The notes under the pieces were generated by a model, which worked only from the letters and a program-made list of their open reading frames with translations, made no database searches and was not told the DNA's origin. This document shows, one piece after another, positions 1 through 7,633 of a DNA stretch of 38,216 bases (position 1 is its first letter; each line of letters starts with the position of its first letter). This stretch comes from a virus: positions 1-38,216 of the IMG/VR virus record IMGVR_UViG_3300045988_060547. The stretch is one strand, 5' to 3'. Position numbers and translations under genes: made by a program.

Positions 1-4
1 AAAC

Positions 5-50
5 AAAAATCCCCGAAAAGTCAGGCGCGAAGCCACTTTTCGGGGATTTT
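5..50 (-). terminator. Rho-independent terminator of the tRNA (copy inside attL)
   Basis: The minus-strand stem is CCCCGAAAAGT (45-35 pairs 11-21) with a 13-nt loop, followed by ATTTTTGTTT. Confidence 0.75.
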
Positions 51-54
51 ACTT

Positions 55-95
55 TGGAGCTACTGATCCGATTCGAACGGACGACCTGCTCATTA
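55..95 (-). tRNA. tRNA 3' fragment at attL (variable loop, T-arm, acceptor 3' strand, CCA); probably the displaced copy
   Basis: The minus-strand read is ...TAATGAGC-AGGTC-GTCCG-TTCGAAT-CGGAT-CAGTAGC-T-CCA. It has a canonical TTCGAAT T-loop and a 5-bp T-stem. Beyond base 100 the sequence cannot form an anticodon stem or D-arm. Confidence 0.7.
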
Positions 96-152
96 CGAGG
101 CTGTCAATATTTCCGATTTTATAACATATCTTCGTTAAAACAGAAACTACCT

Positions 153-194
153 GCGCCACCTCTTGCGCCACCTCCCTTGCGCGGAAGGTGGCGC
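153..194. promoter_or_regulatory. Candidate integrase arm-type sites (GCGCCACCT x2 direct plus one inverted copy)
   Basis: The sequence gcgccacctcttgcgccacct lies at 153-173 and aggtggcgc at 186-194. The same 21-mer, with 1 mismatch, recurs at 38031-38051 on the other side of the core. Confidence 0.45.
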
Positions 195-379
195 AGTTTT
201 TGCGTATTTACCGGTCGCTTGCCGCCCGTCCGCCTCACTTCACACTCTTCCGCAGCCGCTCAAACTCAGCGTCGGCCTGAATGGCCTCCTTGGTAAAGCT
301 GTTATTGAACCACCAGTTGACCAGCGCAGACACGGTGGTGAAGCCGGTGGAGATGAGCTGTTCGAGCTGGGCGCTCTCG

Positions 380-523
380 ATGGGCAGCACGGGCTTGTCT
401 CAGACTGCATTTGCAAAGCAGGCAGGCGTCCCGCTGCGCACCGTGCAGGACTGGCGTGCAGCCCGCCGCAGCTGTCCCGGCTGGGTCCGCTTCCTTCTGG
501 CGGAGCACTACCGGCTCCTGTGA
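380..523 (+). CDS. Short HTH-like protein (47 aa), possibly a truncated XRE-type gene
   Basis: The translation is MGSTGLSQTAFAKQAGVPLRTVQDWRAARRSCPGWVRFLLAEHYRLL. It has the helix-turn-helix signature (LSQ..FA...GV..RTVQDW) but lacks the first helix. No clear SD is present. Confidence 0.3.
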   Translation: MGSTGLSQTAFAKQAGVPLRTVQDWRAARRSCPGWVRFLLAEHYRLL

Positions 524-534
524 GCTGACGCCGC

Positions 535-608
535 AGTAAAACAAAAATCCCCCACTTTGCCTACAAAGTACCCCGCGTGGCACGCAGGGCTTCGGCAAAG
601 CAGGGGAT
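535..608 (-). terminator. Long imperfect hairpin plus T-run; terminator closing the minus-strand late operon
   Basis: ATCCCCCACTTTGCC (547-561) pairs with GGCAAAGCAGGGGAT (594-608). On the minus strand the stem is followed by TTTTTGTTTT. Confidence 0.6.
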
Positions 609-778
609 TATTTGCGTTTCCCGCATGGTACGCACTATAAGTAGGCGTGCGGGAGACTGGTCGGCGCCTATCTGGCAACCGCTTTTTTCATTCCCAGATA
701 AAGCACTGGGTTAACTGGCAAATATCCACCCTAATGCGCTTCTTCGAGAGGCCGGGTAGATTTGTTGGTTTAATTTTA

Positions 779-1169
779 TCACACATCAAGCATTTTTTCA
801 ATACCTTTCAGCCGATAGCCTATCGCAGTCCGGCTGTAATGTGTCTGCGCTGCAATGTCCGGCAGCGGAAGCCGCTCCACGTACCGCAGTAAGGCTATCT
901 TACGGTCTACCCTCCCAAGCGGTGCGCTTTTGATGGCGGCGGTCATCTGCTGTCGGTCAAGTCCTTGCAGCGCAGCGGGCAGCACTACACGAGCCGCCGC
1001 CACAGGCAGCACCGAGCCAAAAAGGCTGCGGCAGCTGTCCGGCGTTGCGTACCATATTGCCAATGACGGCAAAACGGTGACAAAACGTCACCAGTTTGAT
1101 GGCATTGCCGAGGTGGTATGTTTTCGTGAGGTCAAGAAAACATCCGCGTGCGTATGTAGTGCTTGCCAT
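779..1169 (-). pseudogene. Sigma-70 region-4 / ArpU-RinA-like regulator split over two reading frames (+1 shift needed)
   Basis: A strong SD (AAGGAGG) lies 7 nt before the ATG at 1169, and that frame is open only to 957. The HTH part (LPAALQGLDRQQ...RKIALLRYVERLPLPDIAAQTHYSRTAIGYRLKGIEKML) lies in the +1 frame (1087-779). A T5/A5 run sits at 1019-1023 within the overlap. Confidence 0.5.
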
Positions 1170-1179
1170 AATATCCTCC

Positions 1180-1632
1180 TTACTGCTTTTTTGAAATTTT
1201 AACCCAGCGGGTTTTCATTTGGCGCGGGTATTGCTCCGGGTTTTTAGGCTTTCTTTTTCCTGTCCACTCAACACCGCCTGCTTTGCCTTCGCATTTATAC
1301 CCGGCCGCCTTTAGCGAGTTGCCTGTCTCGGTGTCCAAAATGTACGTTACGACCTTTTTGTAACCCATTGCTCTTGCGGCGCGATATGCTGCGCCATATA
1401 GCATACTGCATACATCCGGCGTGCCATCTGTGCAAAGACGTGTGATCTCCAGTGTATAGCCATCGTCTAAAAATCTTGACACCGGTCTGCCGCAAATTGC
1501 GACACCGACAAGCATACCGTCCTTCGTGGCGCCGATAGAGAACTTGTGTCCAACAACGACTCCGTGATGTCTGTGATGCTCTTTGACGTACTCGTTTGCA
1601 GCCTTTAAAGTGACAGGGCATAACTCCAGCAT
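1180..1632 (-). CDS. GNAT-fold acetyltransferase-like protein (recalled as the XF1762 family)
   Basis: The 150-aa product carries motifs EHHRHH, GHKFSIG, GVAICGRPVSR, EITRLCTDG, CSMLYGAA and GYKKVVTY. The gene is tightly packed in the late operon. Confidence 0.7.
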   Translation of the reverse strand: MLELCPVTLKAANEYVKEHHRHHGVVVGHKFSIGATKDGMLVGVAICGRPVSRFLDDGYTLEITRLCTDGTPDVCSMLYGAAYRAARAMGYKKVVTYILDTETGNSLKAAGYKCEGKAGGVEWTGKRKPKNPEQYPRQMKTRWVKISKKQ

Positions 1633-1637
1633 TTTTG

Positions 1638-1979
1638 TTACACTTCCTTTCTTAAAACCGCTTTTGCGCGGTCAAAGAAAAACTGGATGACCGCACCGAT
1701 GGTCTCATCGGTGATGGCCCAGCTGATGAGCCTGCCGTATTTGCTGGTACTCAGGGCGGCCCGGAGCATCTTGACGACCCACGCCTTGCGCTCTGCGCCC
1801 CGCTTGGTACCCTGAATCTCCTGCTCTGCCCTCTCGATGAGGTCCAGCACCAGCGGCTTTACCGCGGCACCATAGCCCAGCCGGATGCAGCCCAGGGCGT
1901 AAAAGATAAAGCCGCCCAGCATCAGCACTGCCGCCACCGGGGCGGGAATGACGCCCAAAATGTTATTGATCGTTGCCAT
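1638..1979 (-). CDS. Holin, LL-H-like
   Basis: The 113-aa product has an N-terminal TM segment (VIPAPVAAVLMLGGFIFYALGCI) followed by a charged helical tail. The gene lies in the lysis cassette next to the endolysin. Confidence 0.55.
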   Translation of the reverse strand: MATINNILGVIPAPVAAVLMLGGFIFYALGCIRLGYGAAVKPLVLDLIERAEQEIQGTKRGAERKAWVVKMLRAALSTSKYGRLISWAITDETIGAVIQFFFDRAKAVLRKEV

Positions 1980-1982
1980 GTA

Positions 1983-2240
1983 TTACTCTCCTCTCTCTTT
2001 TTCGAGGTCTGCAATGCGGTGGTTCGCCACCTTGATTTGTTCTTCCATCACCGGGATACGCTGGGCAAAGTTGTTGTGCATTCGCACCTCCCGGGTCAGC
2101 TCTTCCAGCTTTGTGTCCATAATCGCCTGCTGCTTGTCCAGCTTGGCGTCCATGCTCTGGGCGGTGTGGTTGTTGGAGACGATCACGCCGATCAGGCTCA
2201 GACCGCCGGTGATAATGGCTACGATGATTGCTTCACTCAT
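1983..2240 (-). CDS. Membrane-anchored coiled-coil protein of the lysis cassette (holin-associated or XhlA-like role)
   Basis: The 85-aa product has an N-terminal TM segment (AIIVAIITGGLSLIGVIV) followed by heptad-like charged sequence. Its ATG overlaps the endolysin stop (ATGA). Confidence 0.55.
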   Translation of the reverse strand: MSEAIIVAIITGGLSLIGVIVSNNHTAQSMDAKLDKQQAIMDTKLEELTREVRMHNNFAQRIPVMEEQIKVANHRIADLEKERGE

Positions 2241-3025
2241 ACACCCTCCCGAAGACGGGTCAGACCCTTCTTCTTGATGATACGGGGGTAGTTGAGGGTG
2301 GTGACGTTGAGGTCTACGTTGCCGGAGATGCCCGGCACGCTACCTTTGCTGGTGTGCTGGTGAGCGTTGTAGCTAAACGTCACGTTGGGCGTCTCGCCCG
2401 TGTAGTCGGCCAGCCAGACGTCCCACCGAGAGGACAGCCGAGCCATGTCCAGCTCATACTTGTAACCGGTGTAGGTGTAGAGCTGGGCGTAAAAGCCCAT
2501 CTTCTCCACCTGTTCCAGCGCGTAAGCGGTAAGGTTGGACAGGTCAAGCGTGGACAGCTGCTTGAGCTTGTTTTCCTCCACGTCCACGCAAACGGGGAGA
2601 GAAAACTCCTTGCCCCGCACCGCCTGCCGCAGCAGGGCAAGCTCTGCATCGGCCATCGCCTCGCTGGTGGCGTAGGTGTAGTAGTAGACGCCCACGTCCA
2701 GCCCGGCAGCCCGGGCGTTGCGGTAGTTGGTCTCAAAGGTGGGGTCGATGTACAGGCCGTCTGCCCGCTTGGAGAGCTTGCGGTTGGTGCTCACCGTCTT
2801 GAGCATTGCTCCCTTGTAGCCCGCCGCTGCCACCTGCGCCCAGTCGATGAGGCCCTGATACCGGCTCACGTCGATGTACCGGTAGGGCGGGTCTCCCTCC
2901 CAGCCGGTGACAGCCTCTGCCTCGGGGACTGCGGGTGCGGGTGTTGCCTCGCCGGTGTCCTGCTTGTCCCCCGGGCCAAAGATGGCCCGCACCAGCTTTT
3001 CCAGCAGTTCCAGCAACTTACCCAT
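2237..3025 (-). CDS. Endolysin, glycoside hydrolase family 25 muramidase
   Basis: The product contains YIDVSRYQGLIDWAQVAAAGYKGAMLK...GVYYYTYA...DVWLADY. The start was moved to ATG 3025, preceded by GGGGGAGGA. The Arg-rich N-terminal extension in the ORF track overlaps the upstream gene. Confidence 0.9.
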   Translation of the reverse strand: MGKLLELLEKLVRAIFGPGDKQDTGEATPAPAVPEAEAVTGWEGDPPYRYIDVSRYQGLIDWAQVAAAGYKGAMLKTVSTNRKLSKRADGLYIDPTFETNYRNARAAGLDVGVYYYTYATSEAMADAELALLRQAVRGKEFSLPVCVDVEENKLKQLSTLDLSNLTAYALEQVEKMGFYAQLYTYTGYKYELDMARLSSRWDVWLADYTGETPNVTFSYNAHQHTSKGSVPGISGNVDLNVTTLNYPRIIKKKGLTRLREGV

Positions 3026-3185
3026 CGTAGTCCTCCCCCGTGATCTCTTTGTACTGCGCTGCGGTGATCTCGTCCTCGGCCACCCGCTTGGCCAGCTCCG
3101 CTTTGACTCCGGCATGGCGGCGTGCGGGCATCTCTGCCCACGTCTTGGTACCGGCGATGAGCCGGTTCGCCCAGATTTTATCCAT
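3018..3185 (-). CDS. XkdX-like small phage protein
   Basis: The product is MDKIWANRLIAGTKTW...EDEITAAQYKEITGEDY (55 aa). An AAGGAGG SD is present. The gene sits between the fibre genes and the lysin, as in PBSX-type cassettes. Confidence 0.55.
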   Translation of the reverse strand: MDKIWANRLIAGTKTWAEMPARRHAGVKAELAKRVAEDEITAAQYKEITGEDYDG

Positions 3186-3198
3186 TTTGATGTCCTCC

Positions 3199-3393
3199 TT
3201 ATTTGTTGACGGCGGCATCCAGCTCGCACAGCGAGTCCTCGATAGCCGCCAGCCGCTCCTGTGATGCCATATCCTGCTCACACAGGGCGTCCTCGATCTC
3301 CGCCACGAGGCCGGGCAGCTCCCTGAGCTTCTGCTCCTCTTCCAGCTTCCGGTGGAGCTCTTTCAGGCTCTTTTCTGTTTTGTGCAGACTCAT
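3199..3393 (-). CDS. Small coiled-coil protein, unknown function
   Basis: The 64-aa product has an internal repeat (AEIEDALCEQD / AAIEDSLCELD). Its ATG overlaps the upstream stop (ATGA). Confidence 0.5.
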   Translation of the reverse strand: MSLHKTEKSLKELHRKLEEEQKLRELPGLVAEIEDALCEQDMASQERLAAIEDSLCELDAAVNK

Positions 3394-4709
3394 CCGATAA
3401 CACCTCCGATCATGGTGATATTGCCGCCGACGCCGGAAGCTCCCCGGGTGATCGTCACCTTGTAGTTAAAGGCCGCTCCCTTGGCGGCGGTCTTGTTGGC
3501 AAAGGCGTGGTGTGCAAAGGCCCGGCTCTCGCCGCGCTGGATGTCGGTGCAGTTCTCCCACACGGGAGCATCGTCCCGTGCGTTATTGGTCATCTCCACG
3601 CTGAGGCTCATATCTGCCGGGAAACTGCCCTCCAGCGTCAGCGCAGCCACCGTAATGGTGTCGTCCGCCGTCAGGGGCTGGGCCAGCGAGAGGACGGCGC
3701 TTGTCACATTTTTAGTAAAGGTCGCCGTCCACTCTGTCGAGGTCTTGCCGTCGTCCGCTTCCAGCACCAATGTGTTTTCTCCGTTGAGGATCTGCTGGAA
3801 CAGGGCTTTCTCGCTCAGGCACTGTACCGTGAGTTCGGTGCCGGAGGCCATGTTCTCGCGGACGGCCAGCGCCACGCCGTTCACCTTTTCGGTGATGGTC
3901 ATGGGGTCTCCGTCGCCGTCGGTCACGGTGTAGGGCAGTGCAAACGGCTCGTTTTTCTCGCCCAGTGCCACGCCGCTCTCGCCCACAGCGGAAGTCACTT
4001 CCGGCGGCTGGTTCACAGTCGGGAAGCCGTCCTTGTCGATGTACAGTGTCTCCGGCAGAGTGAAACAGGGCAGGTAGCCGTAACTACTGCCGTAAGTTCC
4101 TTCGGCAGTCGAAAGACTGGAACCGCTTGCGGAAGCTATGTAGACGCTGTTGGCATAGTAATGGGTTTCCGGCCAATGCGACCCATCAGTATACGTATTG
4201 CGCATATCTGGACTTCTCGTCCAGATACCGCTTCCGTAGTGGTTTCGAATGTTGCTGATTCTGCTGATTGCGGCTGAGGAAAGCGCAGAGCCGTCGGAGA
4301 AGCCCGATGCCCCGACTTCCGCTGCCGAAATAGGGAAAAAGCTTGACTTGTATGTGTCGCTGCCAAGTGCTGCTCCGCTACCACCGCCAGTACTGGAATG
4401 GTCATAATGGTAAACATAATGACCGACATATTTTGTCGTGCCGATCAAGTTCCGTACTTCGTCGGAAAACTTATTCACATAGGTGTTTTTGTACCAGGTG
4501 GCCTCACCGCTTTTATCGACAACGTAAGTATCTTTTTTAGACACATTATGGACCCCGCTCGTCACCGGACTCTCCCGGCAAAACAGCGTCCGTCCCTTGC
4601 CGTTCAGGCCGCTCTCGTAGTTGTAGGCCAGCACGTAAAACTTGACTTTGGTGCTGCCTTCCATCAGGTAGACATATCCGTCCCCGATGGCTAAGTCTTT
4701 GATTTGCAT
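3390..4709 (-). CDS. Receptor-binding / tail fibre protein with a DUF6273-like N-terminal domain
   Basis: The 439-aa product has motifs FFPISAAEV, GIWTRSPD and YLPCFTLP in its N-terminal half. A GGAGG SD is present. The gene occupies the distal tail position. Confidence 0.65.
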   Translation of the reverse strand: MQIKDLAIGDGYVYLMEGSTKVKFYVLAYNYESGLNGKGRTLFCRESPVTSGVHNVSKKDTYVVDKSGEATWYKNTYVNKFSDEVRNLIGTTKYVGHYVYHYDHSSTGGGSGAALGSDTYKSSFFPISAAEVGASGFSDGSALSSAAISRISNIRNHYGSGIWTRSPDMRNTYTDGSHWPETHYYANSVYIASASGSSLSTAEGTYGSSYGYLPCFTLPETLYIDKDGFPTVNQPPEVTSAVGESGVALGEKNEPFALPYTVTDGDGDPMTITEKVNGVALAVRENMASGTELTVQCLSEKALFQQILNGENTLVLEADDGKTSTEWTATFTKNVTSAVLSLAQPLTADDTITVAALTLEGSFPADMSLSVEMTNNARDDAPVWENCTDIQRGESRAFAHHAFANKTAAKGAAFNYKVTITRGASGVGGNITMIGGVIG

Positions 4710-4726
4710 TCAAATCCTCCTTTCTC

Positions 4727-5293
4727 TTAAAAATCGATGCGGCTCGCTGCCTTGTTCCACACACCAGTCAGCTCTATACCATCCATCGTATCAAATGCCG
4801 ATACGAAACTGATACCGTTTATATCTGTGCCATGTACCATCTCCAACAGTTTGATGCGCACGCCGGTAGCCGCAGCGTCCGCCGCCGCGCCGGAGATGGT
4901 GAGGGTGGGGTCCACCCTCACGCCGCTCCCCGCCACCAGTCCTGTCACTACAGTGCCGCCCGCGTTGCCCAGCAGCGTTACCTGCACCCGGATGTCTCCG
5001 GAGGGCTTCGCCCTGGCGTAAAAGCGGACAAAGCCGTCCCGCGCCTCGCAGTAGGCCGGGCATCCCGCCTCCTGCGCCGCTGCGCCGTAGTTGTCCGGGT
5101 AGGAGCCGAGAGCCGCATAGCCGGTCTTTGCTTCCGGCACCGGTGCGTCCTGCATCAGGGGCCAAGCCCCCTCTGCCTCCTCCCAGCTCTCCGTCGTCAG
5201 GGTCACGAGGCGGCTTCCCCGGTATCCGGCCCCGTCGCCCGCAAGGCCCGGGTACAGCACCTCGCCTGCGCTGTTGTAGATAGGTTCACTCAT
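4727..5293 (-). CDS. Tail-fibre-associated protein, unknown function
   Basis: The product is 188 aa counted from ATG 5293, which overlaps the upstream stop (ATGA). The longer ORF-track start is an Arg-rich overlap artefact. Confidence 0.6.
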   Translation of the reverse strand: MSEPIYNSAGEVLYPGLAGDGAGYRGSRLVTLTTESWEEAEGAWPLMQDAPVPEAKTGYAALGSYPDNYGAAAQEAGCPAYCEARDGFVRFYARAKPSGDIRVQVTLLGNAGGTVVTGLVAGSGVRVDPTLTISGAAADAAATGVRIKLLEMVHGTDINGISFVSAFDTMDGIELTGVWNKAASRIDF

Positions 5294-7545
5294 TCTTTTA
5301 CCTCCGCCTTTGCCGTGACGACCACATTTCCGGTCACGGCCTCGATGTTCACGCAGCCCTCTTCGGCATTCCACGCCGTTTTCGTAATGTCCTCGCTGCC
5401 CATCTTCACGCTCACTTCGGTCAGGGTGTACCCGCTCTCGGCGGTCAGGGCGGCTTTGTAGGCCCGGCCCTTCGCCACCACGACGGCGGTCTGGTCGGTG
5501 GTCACATGGCTCAGCCGGTTCACCACGCTGCACCACACCAGCGCCTGGCTCACCGTCACGCTGCATTCGGCCTTTGCGCCGCCTGCCGTGGCGCTGATGA
5601 GTGCGCTGCCCTCGGCCACGCCCCGCACGATGCCGCCGCTCACGGTGGCCACGTCCTCCCGGCTGCTCTGCCACACCACGGTGCGGTCGTCGGCGTTCTC
5701 GGGCCGCACGGTAGCCGTCAGCCGGGCCGTGCCGTCCACGCTCAGCTCAAGGGTGCTGCGGTCCAGCGTCACGCTGCTCACCGGCACCCTCGCCGCCTTT
5801 ACGGTCACGGTGCAGCTGGCCGTCTTGCCGCCCACGCTGGCCCGGATGATGGCCGCGCCGGCGGCGCGGGCCGTCACCACGCCGCCGTCCACCACGGCAG
5901 CCTCTTCGTTGGAGCTGGTCCATGCGATGCTGCTCTGGGGGATGCTGGTGGGCAGCACCGTGGCCGTCAGGGTGGCAGTCCTGCCCTCCGTCAGCTCCAG
6001 CGTCCCGGCGCTCAGCATCAGGCTGGCGGCTTTCAGGCCGTCCTCGGCCACCGTTACGTTGCACGCCGCCTTCACGCCGCCCGCAATGGCTGCGATCTCA
6101 GCAGTACCGGCGCAGATGGCCACCACCTCGCCCCCGGTCACGCTGGCGGTCTCCGGGTCGGCGCTGTACCACACCACAGCCTGATCAGCGTTCTCCGGGC
6201 TGACTGTGGCCGTCAGGGCCGCAGTCTCCCCCGGCTTCAGTGTCAGGGTGGTCTGGCTCAGGGTCACAGCCTCTACCGGCACCTCTGCCTCCCGCACCCG
6301 GACGGTGCAGCAGGCGTATTTCCCGCCGCTGGCGGCGAGGATGGCCGCAGCGCCCGGCTTCTTGGCCGTCACGGTGCCGTCGCTCACCTCGGCCACGGTC
6401 TCGTCGCTGCTCAGCCACGCTACGTCGCCCTCCGGGTCGGCGGCTGCGTCCAGCACCGCCGTCTCACCCGCCGTCAGGGCCAGGGCGTCGGCGCTCAGGC
6501 TCACCCGCTCCACTGCCGGCTTCACCAGCACGGCGCACTCTGCGCTGCACCCGTCTGCCCGGGCCGTGATCCGTGTCCCGCCGGGGGTCTTTGCCGTAAT
6601 GACGCCGTCCTCCACAGCGGCCACAGCCTCGTCGCTGCTCTCCCACAGCACGGTCTGCTCCGTTGCATTCTCGGGGCTGATCCGGACTCCCAGCGCCGTC
6701 CGCTCTCCCGCATACAGGGTCAGGCTGTCCCGGGTCAGCCGCACGGCCTCCACCGGCACCTCGGCCCATACCCCGCTCAGCTGGTCCAGCAGGGTGTCGG
6801 CGGTCCTGGTCTGGTAGGCAGCTTCCCGCAGCAGACGCATCAGCAGGCGGCGCTCCTCCTTTTTCGGGGCAAGGTTCGCCGCCCGGTTCGCCGCCTGGGT
6901 GGCAGCGGTGCAGGCATCCAGTGTCTCATTTGCCGCGCCCAGTGCGCTGGCAGCACTCGCTGCCGCAGCTGTGATGTCTGCCTGCGTCCTTGCCGCCGCA
7001 AGGGCAGCAGCGCTCTCGGCGTCCTCGGCATCCATCCGCTCCTTCTGGGTGGCGGCTGCGCCTTTCTGGGCGGCATCCATCGCCGCCTGCGCCGTCTTGG
7101 CCGCGTCCTTTGCGGCTGCACCCTCGTTCATGGCCGTGTTCACGGCCTGCTGCACCAGCGCCACAAACTGGGCGTATACGCTGGGGTCTACGTCCTCCAC
7201 CGTACCTGACAGCCCAATGGTCTCGTAGCAGTCGTATTTCGCCGGGCAGCTCATGGCCGTGTAGCCGTCCGCGCTCTGGGCCAGCAGCATCCACAGCCCC
7301 TGCCGGGCGGCCGTAAAGCGTCGGTCGATGGTCACTTCCCGGCTCTCGTCCAGCAGCACCGGCTGGGGCAGCGTGCCGCCCTCCTGCTCGATGTGCAGGG
7401 TCACGGCCATCCCGCTCCACTCCTCCGGCAGCGCGAAGCTCAGGCTCTCCACGCCCGCCGTTCCTACGCCGCCCAGATGCAGCACGCCCGGCTCGGCCCG
7501 CCAGCCCATCCCGCCAAACCGGTCTTTGATGATCCTTACTTTCAC
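5290..7545 (-). CDS. Tail fibre / adhesin: BppU-like N-terminus, Ala-rich coiled coil, five Big_2 Ig-like domains
   Basis: The 751-aa product starts at a GTG with an AGGAG SD. It has five repeats of about 80 aa with the pattern V..V.L....L.L..G.T..L.A.V.PENA....V.W.SS...VA.V..G.V.A...G.A.I.A..GG..A.C.V.V. Confidence 0.8.
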   Translation of the reverse strand: MKVRIIKDRFGGMGWRAEPGVLHLGGVGTAGVESLSFALPEEWSGMAVTLHIEQEGGTLPQPVLLDESREVTIDRRFTAARQGLWMLLAQSADGYTAMSCPAKYDCYETIGLSGTVEDVDPSVYAQFVALVQQAVNTAMNEGAAAKDAAKTAQAAMDAAQKGAAATQKERMDAEDAESAAALAAARTQADITAAAASAASALGAANETLDACTAATQAANRAANLAPKKEERRLLMRLLREAAYQTRTADTLLDQLSGVWAEVPVEAVRLTRDSLTLYAGERTALGVRISPENATEQTVLWESSDEAVAAVEDGVITAKTPGGTRITARADGCSAECAVLVKPAVERVSLSADALALTAGETAVLDAAADPEGDVAWLSSDETVAEVSDGTVTAKKPGAAAILAASGGKYACCTVRVREAEVPVEAVTLSQTTLTLKPGETAALTATVSPENADQAVVWYSADPETASVTGGEVVAICAGTAEIAAIAGGVKAACNVTVAEDGLKAASLMLSAGTLELTEGRTATLTATVLPTSIPQSSIAWTSSNEEAAVVDGGVVTARAAGAAIIRASVGGKTASCTVTVKAARVPVSSVTLDRSTLELSVDGTARLTATVRPENADDRTVVWQSSREDVATVSGGIVRGVAEGSALISATAGGAKAECSVTVSQALVWCSVVNRLSHVTTDQTAVVVAKGRAYKAALTAESGYTLTEVSVKMGSEDITKTAWNAEEGCVNIEAVTGNVVVTAKAEVKE
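5545..6759 (-). repeat. Tandem array of five diverged Ig-like (Big_2) coding repeats
   Basis: It covers aa 263-667 of the fibre protein. The periodicity is about 240-250 nt. Confidence 0.7.
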
Positions 7546-7570
7546 TCTGAGGCTCCTTCCTTTGAGAAAG

Positions 7571-7633
7571 GCTCCCCTCGCCAGGGGAGCTGCTTTGCAG
7601 CGCCGCCGTCAGGCGGACTGCAAAGCTGAGAGG
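7571..7633 (-). repeat. Bipartite hairpin element copy 1 (BHE-1)
   Basis: GCTCCCC (7571-7577) pairs with GGGGAGC (7584-7590). CTTTGCAG (7593-7600) pairs with CTGCAAAG (7618-7625), enclosing an inner CCGCC/GGCGG stem. CTGAGAGG follows at 7626-7633. The element lies 26 nt upstream of the fibre gene start. Confidence 0.85.

Larger units (their letters stand above)
1..95. repeat. attL: left copy of the 95-bp perfect direct repeat
   Basis: Bases 1-95 are identical, read base by base, to 38122-38216. The repeat consists of the tRNA 3' part plus the downstream terminator hairpin. Confidence 0.9.

Noticed and set aside
96-100. Calling the target gene tRNA-Thr(CGU) from the attL-side bases.
   Set aside because: Only the third anticodon base lies inside the verified repeat. 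Bases 96-100 may be phage-derived, and the following bases cannot form the anticodon stem. The isotype is left undetermined.
2237-3229. Longer N-terminal extensions offered by the ORF track (starts at 3229, 5674, 21766, 25031, 29687, 32163, 36699).
   Set aside because: The extensions are Arg/Gly-rich, overlap the upstream gene in another frame and lack an SD. Internal ATG or GTG starts with good SD spacing, or with ATGA/GTGA coupling, were used instead.
3390-7545. A diversity-generating retroelement acting on the fibre or receptor-binding genes.
   Set aside because: There is no reverse transcriptase ORF in the window, and no template/variable repeat pair with adenine-specific differences.
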